A stretch of DNA of 63,635 nucleotides, filler included, from Chiloscyllium plagiosum (taxonomy: Eukaryota): NCBI RefSeq assembly GCF_004010195.1. It is 6 parts of one record of this genome, joined end to end, with 100 filler letters (N's around TTAATTAATTAA, not from the genome) between each part and the next. Parts side by side here need not be neighbours in the genome. Positions count along the whole stretch, not along the records: positions 1 to 30,247 come from NC_057711.1; 5 more parts are not named here. The stretch is one strand, 5' to 3'. Position 1 is the stretch's first letter. Each line of letters starts with the position of its first letter. Both the position numbers and the translations under genes were made by a program. Below, piece after piece: positions 13,545-25,259 of the stretch. Under the pieces are notes generated by a model. That model saw only the letters and a program-made list of their open reading frames with translations, ran no database searches and was not told the DNA's origin.

Positions 13545-14548
13545 GCCTGGGACTTTTGGCATTTGGAAGAAAACTGGCAAGAGCAAAATTTCTCAGTGAT
13601 CAAAAGACAACCGTTAAAAGAAAGCCAGCTGAAGAAATAGCTCAGTGAAGTAGTTTCTGGGAAATCAGAGAAAGTTTCAAATATCTCTTTATAACTGCTA
13701 ACTCAATTCAAGGTTTGGATCTAATTGATTTTTCATCCAGTCCGATGTGTAATGAAGATGTGGGTGTACTGTATCTTTAAGAGAGTTAAAAGCTAGTAGA
13801 ACTACCTGACAGCACCAAGTGTTCTGAATAAGATATAATGTAACATGTAGTCCAACTACTGGAGTAGCTAAGGTAGCTGGTTGACTGGAGATAAAAACAG
13901 ATTCGAATTAGGCCAATCAGTTTAAATTATACCCTGAAAAATACCAAATTCTAATCAAGTTTGAATTTAGTATATTGACAATGTTAAAAGCCAATGAAAC
14001 AATTTGATGCTTTGTGGGTAGAAGACCAGTGAAAATTGAACAGTTGGAAGGAGAACTGACATGCCACCATGTAGAGACTGCTTGAAAAATAGCTCTCTTA
14101 AAAGATCCGTGACCTGTGAATCATAGTCCTGAGGAAGAAGAAAAGACGACACAGAAAGATCCAAATAAAAGATTTGACAGCTGGCTAGTTTTGAAAACTT
14201 GAATTTTTGGTAAATCTTAATCGAGGTGGGGGGGGGTTTATTGGATTAGTATTGTAGAAGGGAAGATACTATTGTGGAGGTTAGAGGAAGAAGTGTAAAC
14301 AGTCGTTCATTTATTTTTCTCTGTTATACTTTAAGAAATAAAGTTGTTTTTTTTACTTTAAATAGTTCTTGGCCTCTTGATTACTGATTCACAGATTACT
14401 GCACAGGATAAATCCTTTCTGTGTTGCTGGTTTAAATTAAGCAGGAGGGTTTAGCCCATGTCGTAACAGATGGTCTTCCATTACTCCATTCTCATCAACA
14501 GTGAAACAGAAGAAACTGTGAGAAGTCAACCCTTTCAGATCCACATTG
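13545..14548 (+). pseudogene. Candidate decayed coding exon split by a solo LTR
   Basis: Acceptor tttttgtcacAG at 13544. After removing the LTR and one TSD copy, one frame reads LGLLAFGRKLARAKFLSDQ...IAQ*SSFWEIRESFKYLFITANSIQGLDLIDFSSSPM|VFHYSILINSETEETVRSQPFQIHIG with a single stop (13646-13648). The donor is weak. Confidence 0.4.
13748..14468 (+). mobile_element. Solo LTR (721 bp), probably Ty3/Gypsy
   Basis: TGTAATGA...TCGTAACA termini, perfect 4-bp TSD GATG (13744-13747 and 14469-14472), AATAAA at ~14337. A related LTR fragment lies at ~46138-46350. Confidence 0.85.
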
Positions 14549-15001
14549 GTGTTGGTTGTTATTACCATTTTGTTTTTTCCATAACACCTCTGCAGAGCTG
14601 TGTCCTGCCCTTTCTGTGTGTGAATGTATGTGGAACATAGTGGAATTAAGTGGAACATAGTTTAATTCTCAGAGTAGCTTTGTTGTTTAGTAAGCTTTGT
14701 TGCTTCTCTAAAACATATTTGTTTACAGTAAACAAGATATTTTTGAATTCATTGAAGAAATCTGCCAAAAGTCTTTTTTTGCTCGAGACAACAGTAATAA
14801 GAAAACCCAAATTGACCATTTTGGTCATTAAATAAAACAACTATACTCTTGCTAGGGCTGGTGGAGTGGTGGACCTTGATTGCCAGCACACCGTTGTCAG
14901 AGTTGTAACAAAGTTTGGAGGGTTAGTGTAGGATTTCTGAATGAAGAAGCAAGAGATTGGATGTGCAGTATTAGTTATTGGCAAATGATAAAGGACAAGT
15001 A

Positions 15002-15342
15002 CAGGTACACAATCATTTATCCGAAATCCGAAAAACTCTGAAATCCAAAGATCTTTTCGTGATGTATTTTTTCTGTAGAACAAGGTTGTTTGGTGTGTGA
15101 ACAGGTGACCTAACTCCACACCCACTTGACCCACATCACTCAGATGTGACGTGGTGCCGTGGCATGGCCCAGCACTGGCAGGCGTCAATTGTGTCTCAGC
15201 GCTCGTACTAGTTATACATGGATCGGCTGTTCTGTAATTTTGTTTATTTCACTGTAAAAATGTCATTTATTCTGAAATCTGAAAAGTTCCAAAACCCAAA
15301 ACAACTGGCCTGAAGGATTTTGGATAAAGGACTGCATACCTG
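15002..15342. mobile_element. Non-autonomous Tc1/mariner-pogo (Tigger-like) MITE
   Basis: 28-bp imperfect TIRs CAGGTACACAATCATTTATCCGAAATCC / GGATTTTGGATAAAGGACTGCATACCTG, flanked by TA on both sides. Confidence 0.8.
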
Positions 15343-15947
15343 TACCGGGTTTATCATATTATCAATCTAAAATGATACAGAAATTAGTTAAAACTTTTTT
15401 TAAAGATGGAACATGCATCCCTGACTGGTTTACACGATGAAACAAAGGATCTGTTAATAGCATTGGCAAAAGAGTTAAAAATGAAGATTCCTGAAACGCC
15501 AAGAAGACACAGATAATTGAAGCATTTATACAGTAGTCAGAATTGGTGTAAGTATTCTGGGTCAGGTATTCAACGTAGTGATTCTTCAGAGTTAGTCATG
15601 ATAAAACTTCGAGGACATGTCAATATTAAGGAGGAGGAGGTGTTTGGCGTCTTGAAAAAAACATTAAGGTAGATAGGTCACCAGGGCCTGCTGGAATCTA
15701 TCTCAAGCCACTAAACGAGGTAAGGGAGGAGATTGCTGAGAACTTCACAAAGATCTTTGTATCCTTTTTAGTCACAGATGAGGTCCTAAAAGACTGGAGA
15801 AGAGCTAATGCTGTTCCTTTGTTTAAAAGGGACAACAGGGATAATCCAGGAAATTATAGGTCAAGGATCCTTTATTAGTGGATGGAAAATTATTGGAGAA
15901 AATTCTTAGGGACAAGATTTACCCACATTTGGAAAAGAGTAGACTTA

Positions 15948-17170
15948 GAGACATAGTAATGTACAGCATGGAAACAGACCCTTCAGTCTAACTCATCCAT
16001 GCCGACCAGATATCCTAAATTAAACTAGTGCTATTTGCCAGCACTTGGCCCATATCCCTGTCAACCTTTCCTCTTTATATACCCATCTACATGCCTTTTA
16101 AATGTTGTACTTGTATCAGTTTCCACCATTTCCTCTGGCAGCTCATTCCAAACATGCACCACCCTCTGAATTTAAAAGTTGCCCCTTAGGTCCCTTTTAA
16201 ATCTTTCAACTCTCACTCTAAACTTAAGTCCTCTAGTTCTGGACTTTTCCATCCTAGAGAAAAGACCTTGTCTATTTACCCTATCCATGCCCCTCATGAT
16301 CTTATAAACCTCTGTAAGGCCATCCCTCAGCCTCCGATGTTTCAGCCTATTCAGCCTCTCTGTACAGCTCAAACCTTCCAACGTCCTTGTAAATCTTTTC
16401 TGAACCATTTCAAGTTTCACATCTTTCCTATAGGAGGGAGATCAGAATTGCACACATTATTCCAAAAGTGGCCTAATCAGTGTCCTGCACAGCCACAACA
16501 TGACCTCCTAACTCCTATACTCAATGCTCTGATCAATAAAGGAAAGCATACTAAAAGCCTTCTTCACTATCCTATCTACATGAGACTCTACTTTCAAGGA
16601 AATATGAACCTGAACTCCAAGGTATCTTTGTTCAGTAACACTCCTATTAAGTGTAAAAGACCTGCCTTGATTTGCCTTTCGAAAATGCAGTACCTCACAT
16701 TTATGTAAATTAAACTCTATCTTCCACTCCTCGGCCCATCTGATCAAGATCCCATTACACTCTGAGGTAACCTTCTTCACTATCCACCACATCTCCAATT
16801 TTGGTGTCATCTGCAAACTTACTAACTACACCTCTTATTTATATCCAAATCATTTATATAAATGATACTCCAAGGTATCTTTGTTCAGTAACACTCCTAT
16901 TAAGTGTAAAAGACCTGCCCTGATTTGCCTTTCGAAAATGCAGTACCTCACATTTATGTAAATTAAACTCTATCTTCCAGTCCTCGGCCCATCTGATCAA
17001 GATCCCATTACACTCTGAGGTAACCTTCTTCACTATCCACTACATCTCCAATTTTGGTGTCATCTGCAAACTTACTAACTACACCTCTTATTTATATCCA
17101 AATCATTTATATAAATGATAAAAAGCAATGGACCCAGCATCGATCCTTGTGGCACACCACTGGTCACAGG
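15948..17170 (-). mobile_element. CR1 LINE RT/3' end with internal tandem duplication
   Basis: ORFs 16172..16420 and 16508..16816 are the CR1 RT C-terminus. Confidence 0.85.
16614..17119. repeat. 253-bp tandem duplication
   Basis: 16614-16866 is repeated at 16867-17119 with about 3 substitutions. Confidence 0.9.
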
Positions 17171-17852
17171 ATGTCAGGTTGTGGTCCTCAGCTGGTCTTC
17201 TGGGAAGATGATAACACTCCCTGGTCCAGTCTGTCCACTAGGACTCCACGTATTAACTGGATAAATGCAGCACCATTTTCTCCTTCACAAACATATTTGG
17301 AAAGACTGTCCATCACTGAGCATGGTAGCTTCAGAATACTAGTGCTTCTCCATGTGAGCAGTCATCTTTTAAACTATTGGGAAAGCCTGAGCCCCATGAT
17401 GCCTTTGACCCTCTTCCTGAAAGGTTGGTTTAACTCTCTCAAGGAAGTTGCTTTTTTACACAATATCTGTCCTTACCTCCATCTGCAGTTTGATTATCTC
17501 GTTTTGTTTCTCCCTCTCCTGAGAGCATAACTGCTTATTTAGGAGTTGAATCTCACTTTCCTTTTTGTCAATAATTTCCTTGAGTTCTGCCTCCTTTATT
17601 TCAACTGGCAAATATTGGCAAAAATAGAGTTAGAAAAGATAATATAAAATTTAATAAACTGCAACTAACCAATAATATTTATAGATTTAGATTGTTCTTT
17701 ATTTTTGTTTCATTAACTACAACAATGAAAAACAAAAGGTGTTGAGAAAAAAGACAAATAAGGGGAGCCCAAAGTCTACGTCTGGATGCAGAACACACTG
17801 AGGCTGTGATCAAATGGATTTCTCTGCAGTGATTTTGTTACATATTCTACAG

Positions 17853-17914
17853 ATTTTGCATCATTTTAAGTGCAGAAAGGATCAAAAGGAGATTTGACAA
17901 GCGTGGAAACATAG
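17853..17914 (+). other. Candidate exon of unknown transcript
   Basis: catattctacAG acceptor and consensus tag|GTGAGT donor. Open frame FCIILSAERIKRRFDKRGNI. Confidence 0.3.
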
Positions 17915-19068
17915 GTGAGTAAATAGTATGAAGGGTGGGGGGAGTCAAGATATTTCACCCCAGGATCAATGGAAAAATGTATTTTTCAACTGTTCCTTGT
18001 AAACTGTTGCTTAAATGCTCCACTGTATTAAGAATCAATTGCACTCAGAATTGTAATACTAATATGGAATCAACTTTGAACTACAGTGGAGTCAAAAGTC
18101 ATTTCAATTTTAATTATCAATAATTTTCAGTCAGTGGTGAAGTCACTATAATCAGCACTGACCTCAAGAAAAGTTGCCAATCGAGTTTCATAATCTCTTT
18201 TGTGAGAATATAAAGAAATAACATTTCACTGGAAATACATTGGTCTCTCAAGTCTGCTGAGCCATTCTGAACCATAGTTGATCATCTATCTCAATGTCAT
18301 GTTCCTTGTCTATAGTGAGGAACATAGAAATAAAGGATATAGGAGCAGGAATAGGTCATTTGTCCATTGATCCTTTTCACTATTTAACTAGAGCATGGCT
18401 AATCTCCTTCAATGTTATTTTCCCACATTATCACCATATTCCTAAATGTCTTTAATATCTAGAAATCCACTGATTTATATTTTGAACAAACTCAATGTTT
18501 CTAGTCAGTTTCCACAGCCATTTGGGGTGGAGAAATCCAAAGACGTTGAGTGAAGAAATTCGTCCTTATCACAATCCAAAATGGCTTGACCCTTACTCTG
18601 AGACTGTGTACCTAGGATCCAGGACTGCACCCTGCTGTCCCATGGGGGGGAAACATCCTTTCTGCATCCTCTCTTACACACTTTAAGAATCAGTCAACAG
18701 GTCATTGCTAAGTCCAAAAGAGGAAATGCTGGAAAATCTCAGCAGGTCTGGCTGCATCTGTAAGGAGAGAAAAGAGCTGACGCTTCGAGTCTAACTGACC
18801 GTTTGTCAAAGCTAAAAAAAGGGATAAATAGGGAGGTATTTATATTAGGCTAAGAGAAGGTGAGTCATGGCTCCAGAAGCAAAGGTAGCAATAAAGAGGT
18901 GATAATGACAGTTCTCCAACCGTGGCTTCCCACCTACAGTTGTTGACAGGGCTCTCGACAGCGTGCAGTCCATCTCCCGCGCCACAACCCTCACCCCCTC
19001 CCTCCCAGAACAAGGATAGGGTCCCTCTTGTTCTCACCTTTCACCCTACCAGCCTTCATATGCAAAGA

Positions 19069-19282
19069 GGAGAAAGTGAGGTCTGCAGATGCTGGAGATC
19101 AGAGCTGAAAATGTGTTGCTGGAAAAGCGCAGCAGGTCAGGCAGCATCCAGGGAACAGGAGAATCGACATTTCGGGCATAAGCCCTTCTTCTTCAGAAGA
19201 AGGGCTTATGCCCGAAACGTCGATTCTCCTGTTCCCTGGATGCTGCCTGACCTGCTGCGCTTTTCCAGCAACACATTTTCAG
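19069..19282. mobile_element. Fold-back PLE-terminal insert (family A) with back-to-back hammerhead-like motifs
   Basis: Inverted arms meet near 19190. TSD ttcatatgcaaaga at 19055-19068 and 19283-19296. Confidence 0.8.
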
Positions 19283-20052
19283 TTCATATGCAAAGAATAA
19301 TCCTCCGCTATTTTTGCCAACTCCAACACGACACCACTAAACACATCTTCCCTTCCCTCCCCCTGTCTGCATTCCGCAGAGATCGTTCCCTCCCTCCGGG
19401 ACAACCTAGTCCACTCCTCCATCACACCTAACACCTCTCCCATCACACACGGCACCTTCCCATCACACCTAACACCTCTCCCATCACACACGGCACCTTC
19501 TCATGCAATCGCAGAAGGTGCAACACCTGCCCCTTTACCTCTTCCATGCTCACCATCCAAGGCCCTAAACACTCCTTTCAGATTAAGCAGCGTTTCACTT
19601 GTACCTCTTTCAATTTGGTCCATTGCATTCGTTGTTCCCAATATGGTCTCCTCCATATCGGAGAGACAAAACGCCGACTGGGTGATTGCTTTGCTGCGTA
19701 CCTTCGGTCTGTACGCAATCAGGTCCCAGACCTTCCCGTGGCTTGCCACTTCAACACAAAATCCTGCTCCCATGCCCACATGTCTGTCCTTGGCCTGCTG
19801 CAATGTTCCAGTGAAGCTCAAATCAAAGTGGAGGAACAGCATCTCATCTCCTGACTAGGCACGTTACAGCCTGCCAGTCTCAACATTGAATTCAACTTCA
19901 GATGATTATCCCATCTCAACCCTTCTGTTTTCATTCAGCTCCATAATTTTATTTCATTTATTTTATTTATCTTTTTTTATATTTTTTTCACTGTTTCACC
20001 TCTTCTTTCTTGATTGTCTCTCTTTCTCTCGCTCCCCACTCTCATCATTAAG

Positions 20053-20192
20053 GTGGCACGGTGGCACAGTGGTTAGCACTGCTGCCTCACAGCGCCAGAG
20101 ACCTGGGTTCAGTTCCCGCCTCAGGCGACTGACTGTGTGGAGTTTGCACGTTCTCCCCGTGTCTGCGTGGGTTTCCTCCGGGTGCTCCGGTT
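20053..20192 (+). mobile_element. HE1-type tRNA-derived V-SINE (5' part, runs into gap)
   Basis: Head ggcacggtggcacagtggttagcactgctgcctcacagcgccagagacctgggttc plus V-domain tgtgtggagtttgcacgttctccccgtgtctgcgtgggtttcctccggg. Confidence 0.85.
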
Positions 20193-20380
20193 NNNNNNNN
20201 NNNNNNNNNNNNNNNNNNNNNNNNNNNNNNNNNNNNNNNNNNNNNNNNNNNNNNNNNNNNNNNNNNNNNNNNNNNNNNNNNNNNNNNNNNNNNNNNNNNN
20301 NNNNNNNNNNNNNNNNNNNNNNNNNNNNNNNNNNNNNNNNNNNNNNNNNNNNNNNNNNNNNNNNNNNNNNNNNNNNNNNN

Positions 20381-20660
20381 TCGGCCCAACAAGTCCACAC
20401 CGACCCGCCGAAGCGAAACCCACCCATACCCCTACATTTACCCCTTACCTAACACTACGGGCAATTTAGCATGGCCAATTCACCTGACCCTGCACATCTT
20501 TGGACTGTGGGAGGAAACCGGAGCACCCGGAGGAAACCCACGCAGACACGGGGAGAACATGCAAACTCCACACAGTCAGTCGCCTGAGGCGGGAATTGAA
20601 CCCGGGTCTCTGGCGCTGTGAGGCAGCAGTGCTAACCACTGTGCCACCGTGCCGCCCACT
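20381..20660 (-). mobile_element. HE1-type V-SINE, young copy
   Basis: Near-identical reverse complement of 20053-20192 plus the 3' part. Confidence 0.85.
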
Positions 20661-21224
20661 GTGCCACCGTGCCGCCCACTAAGACTCTTTTCTCTCCTTA
20701 CAGATGCTGCCAGACCTGCTGAGATTTTCCAGCATTTTCTCTTTTGGTTTCAGATTCCAGTATCCGCAGTAATTTACTTTTATTTGGTCATTGCTAAGTG
20801 CTTGATACTACTGTTGATGACACCTTCGATCTTTTGACCAATGATTGAGAGTAGATGTAAAGGGCAGTAATTGGATGGATGGAATGTATCCTGCATTTTA
20901 AATACAGAAGATAGCTAGACAACTTTCCACATTGCTGGATGCCATCGTTGTCGCTGTATTGGAATAGTAAATTGGCTCTGGGAAAGGCATATTCTGGAGC
21001 ACAACACTTTGGTACAATTACGGGAATATTATTAGGGTCAATAGCCTTTGCTGTATCCAGTACCTTCAAGTGTTTCAGAATATCATGTGGAGTGAAAAGA
21101 ATTGGCTGAATACTGGCAATAGTGATGCTGGGGATCTCTAGAAGCTAAGATTTAGCATCTGCTCAGTACTTCTGACAAAAACTTCAACCATATCTTTCAC
21201 ACTGCTGTAGTGAGCTGCTTATTG

Positions 21225-22640
21225 TTCAATTGAGAGTGTGGTGCTGGAAAAGCACAGCAGGTCAGGCTCATCTGAGGAACAGGAGAATGGGGCTTGTGGG
21301 CCATGGGTTACGGGATAAATGGGAGGGAGGTGGGGCTGAGGAAGGTAGCTGAGAATGCAACAAGTAGATGAAGGTGGGGGAGAAGGTGATAGGTCAGAGA
21401 GGAGGGTGGAACAGATAGATGGGAAAGACGATGGACAAGGCAGGGGGGCGGTGCTGAGTTGGAGGCTTGGGACTGGGATATGGTGAGGGGAGGGGAAATG
21501 AGGAAATGGTTGAAATCCATGTTGACACTGTGTAGTTGCAGGGTCCCAAAGCAGAAGATGATGCATTCTTCATCCAAGCATTGGATGGTTAGGGTTTTGC
21601 AATGGAGGAGGCCCAGGACCTGCATGGGGGAGTGGAAGGGGGAGTTGAACTGTTCAGCCACGGGGCAGTGGGGTTGGTTGGTGCAGATGTCCCAGAGATG
21701 TTCTCTGAAACAATCTGCAAAGAGGTGCCCTGTCTCCCAATATACAGGAGACGTCATTGGGTGCAATGGATACAGTAGATGATATTTGTGGAGGTAGAGG
21801 TAAATTTCTGTCAGATGTGAAAGGATCCTTTGGGGCCTTGGATGGAGGTAAGGGTGGTAGGTGTGGGTGCAGGTTTTGCACTTCCCTTGCAGTGGCAGGG
21901 GAAGGTGCCAGGAGTTGGGTGAGGGCTGGTGGGGGGGCATGGATCTGACAAGGGAGTCCCGCAGGGAATGGTCTCTCCGGAACTTTGATATGGGTGGGAA
22001 GGGTAGTATATCCCTAGTGGTGGGGTCTATTTACAAACCACTTGAGATATATTTCCTTCTCACCCATACCCCCGCCAACCCTCACCCCATTTCCGGCACC
22101 CTGATGTGGTCTCCTCTACATTGGGGAGATAGGATGTCACCTTGCGAAGCGTAGAGAATATCTATGGGACACACACACCAAGCAACCCCACTGCCCTATG
22201 GCTGAACACTTCAACTGTCCCTCCCATGCCACCGAGGACATGCAGGTTGTGGGCCTCCTCCATTGCCAAACCCGCACCACCCGATGCCTGGAGGAAGAAC
22301 GCCTCATCTTCCGTGTTGGAACTCTGCAACCAAATGGGATTAATGTGGATTTCACCAGTTTCCTCATTTCCCGCACCCCCCACCTTATCCCAATCTCATG
22401 CCTCCAACTTGGCACCACCCTCTTGACCTGTCCATCGTCTTTCCCATTTATCCACTCCACCCTTCTCTCCGACCTACCACCTTCTCCTCCAACTTCACCT
22501 ACCCATTGCATTCTTAGCTACCTTCCTGCCAGCCACACCCCCTTCCATTTATCTCTCAACCTCCGGCCCACAACCCTCATTCCTGATAAAGGGCTTATGT
22601 CAATTCTCCTGCTTCTCGGATGCTGCCTGACCTGCTGTGC
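21225..22640. mobile_element. Two oppositely oriented Penelope-like GIY-YIG/3' remnants (21225-22030 minus, 22060-22640 plus)
   Basis: ORF 21308..21940(-) ...YWETGHLFADCFREHL...PVAEQFNSP...FGTLQ and ORF 22198..(+) AEHFNCPSH...LEEERLIFRVGTLQPNGINVDF. Confidence 0.75.
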
Positions 22641-23094
22641 CACACTCTTGACTTTGAGCTCTAGCATTTACAGTTCTCACTTTCTCACTTTATCATTGAG
22701 GATGGGAATATTTGTGGATCGTGTCTCCAGTGAGTTGTTTAATTGTCCATCATCATTTACAATAGATGTAGCAGAAGCTAGGATTGGATTTGTTGATTGT
22801 GGCATCACTTAGACCTGTCTATTGCTTGGTGCTTGACTTATTGTATCAGGAACACTTCAACAAAGGCCTGAAAAACTATGACAAACATCCTGGCTTTGTG
22901 TTTGTGCTAAATGGCACAGACAGCAGCAATATGATCTTAGTATCGCTGGCTCAGGTGTTCACAGTTTAGCACTGAATTTAGGATCTCATCTCAACTTACT
23001 GCATGCCAATGAATTCAGATTGGGGACAGGCCATACCATACACATGTGGGCAGGAATCTCCTCAATTCTCCCATTTGATGACACACCAGCAAGT

Positions 23095-25030
23095 TAGAAT
23101 ATAAAACACAGAACCATACAAAGCAGAACAGTCCCTTCGGCCCTTGATGTTCCACCGACCTGTGAACTAATTTAAGCCCATCCTCCTACACTATCCCATC
23201 ATCATCCATATGCTTATTCAAGGACTGTTTAAATGCCCCTGATGTGGTTGAATTAACTACATTGGCAGGTAGGGCATTCCATACTCTTACCACTCTCTGA
23301 GCAAAGAACCTGCCTCTGACATCTATCTTACATCTATCACCCCTCAATTTGTAGCTATGCCCCCTCGTATAAGCCAACATTATCATCCTAGGAAAAAGAC
23401 GCTCACTGTCTACCCTATCTAATCCTCTGATCATCTTGTATGTCTCTATCAAATCCCCCCTTAGCCTTCTCTCCAATGAGAACAGACCCAAGTCCCTCAG
23501 CCTTTCCTCATAAGACCTTCCCTCCAGACCAGGCAACATCCTGATAAATCTCCTCTGCACCTTTTCCCATGTTTCTACATCCTTCCCGAAATATGGGGAC
23601 CAGAACTGTACATAATATTCCAAGTGAGGCCGCACTAGCATTTTGTACATTTGCAGCATGACATCACATCTCCGGTACTCAATCCCTCTACCAATAAAAC
23701 CTAACACACCGTATGCCTTCTTAACAGCACTATCAACCTGGGTGGCAACTTTCAGGGATCTATGGTCTCCAAGATCTCTCTGCACATCCACACTACCAAG
23801 AATCTTTCCATTGACCCAGTGTCCTGCCTTCCTGTTATTCTTCCCAAAGTGAATCACCTTATATTTATCTGCATTGAACTCCAAAGATGCATTGAACTCC
23901 AACAGTCCAAAGATGTGCAAGTCAGGTGAATTGGCCATGCTAAATTGCCCGTAGTGTTAGATAAGGGGTAAATGTAGGGGTATGGGTGGGTTGCGCTTCG
24001 GCGGGGCGGTGTGGACTTGTTGGGCCGAAGGGCCTGTTTCCACACTGTAAGTAATCTAATCTAATCTAATCCAATCTAATCTAATCTAATCTAATCTAAT
24101 CCATTTGCCATCTGTCAGCTCAATTCTGCAGTTTATCCAAGTCCCCCTGCAACCTGTAACATTCTTCCACACTGTCCACCAGTCCATTGACTTTAGTGTC
24201 ATCTGCAAACTTACTAAACCATCTACTTATGCCTGCATCCAAGTCATTTATAAAAATGACAAAACAGCAGTGTTCCCAAAACAGATCCTTGTAGCACAGC
24301 ACTAGTAACCAGGCTCCAGGCTGAATATTTTCCATCAACCACCACTCACTGTCTTCTTACAGAAAGCCAGTTTCTAATCTAAACTGCTAAATTGCCCTCA
24401 AATCCATGCCTCCACATTTTCTCCAAAAGTCTACCACGTGGAACCTTATCAAAGGCTTTGCTGAAAACCATGTACACTATGTCAACTGCCCTATCCTCAT
24501 CTACATGCTTGGTCACCTTCTCAAAAAACTCAATAAGGTTTGTGAGACATAACCTGCCCTTGGCGAAACCATGTTGACTATTTCCAATCAAATTGTTGTT
24601 TGCTAGATGATTATAAATCCTATCTCTTATAATCATCCCAAAAACTTTCCTACAATAGGTGTAAGGCTCACTGGTCTATAATTATCTAGGTCATCTCTCC
24701 TGCCTTTCTTGAACAAGGGCACAATATTTGCAATCCTCCAGTCCTCAGTTACTAAACTTGTAGACAATGATGACTCAAAGATCAAGGCCAAAGGCTCCAT
24801 CATCTCCTCCCTAGCTTCCCAGAGAATCCTTGGATAAATCCCATCTGGCCCAGTATCTCACCAACTTTCCCACCTTCTAGAATTGATAACACCTCCTCCT
24901 TCCTAACCTCAATCCTTTCTAGTCTAATAGCCCATATCTCAGTGTTTTCCTATGCAATATTCTCCTTTTCCTGAGTGAAAACAGATGAGAATATTTGTTT
25001 AGTACCTCTCCAATCTCCACAAGGTCCATC
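23095..25030 (-). mobile_element. CR1 LINE RT-3' end, interrupted by an HE1 3' half
   Basis: ORFs 23186..23938, 24120..24338 (KFADDTK) and 24379..24636 (QHGFAKGRLCLTNLIEFFE). Confidence 0.9.
23900..24100 (+). mobile_element. HE1 SINE 3' half with (CTAAT)n tail
   Basis: Reverse complement of 20381-20510, followed by a ctaat pentamer tail at ~24053-24100. Confidence 0.8.
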
Positions 25031-25259
25031 AATGCTGCAAGCTCACCTACCTTATTCTGGATACACCTGGCATTGAAGTAGACACACTTCAAACCAGCTT
25101 GCTGTCTGCCAGCACACTCCTGTGACCGTGAAATCCTGTCCATGTCCTCCCTACTCACATCCTCCTGTGCAGAAGTGAAATTCAAGATTTGGATTTTTCT
25201 TTTAATTTCATCGCAGATGGGGCAGTACGTAGGTCCTTGGTGTACTGGCCTCTACAGTG

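Larger units (their letters stand above)
18714..20785 (+). mobile_element. Penelope-like element (GIY-YIG endonuclease remnant) with inverted 5' terminal copy and nested inserts
   Basis: ORF 19546..19854 FTCTSFNLVHCIRCSQYGLLHIGETKRRLGD is a GIY-YIG domain. 18714-18780 is inverted relative to 20685-20750. 14-bp TSD ggtcattgctaagt at 18700-18713 and 20786-20799. Confidence 0.85.

Noticed and set aside
18922..19431. Recurrent small ORFs of the MCCWKSAAGQAASREQENR type (also 44432-44632, 47303-47601, 56031-56234)
   Set aside because: Incidental translations of the non-coding family A repeat terminus.
19411..19500. ~40-bp tandem duplication
   Set aside because: Simple slippage inside a Penelope remnant, with no spacer structure and not CRISPR-like.
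23186..23938. Longest ORF in the window (250 aa)
   Set aside because: CR1 ORF2 C-terminus with a start codon borrowed from an inserted SINE. It is not a host gene.
24053..24100. (CTAAT)n array resembling a telomere-like repeat
   Set aside because: A pentamer tail of the adjacent HE1 SINE, not TTAGGG.
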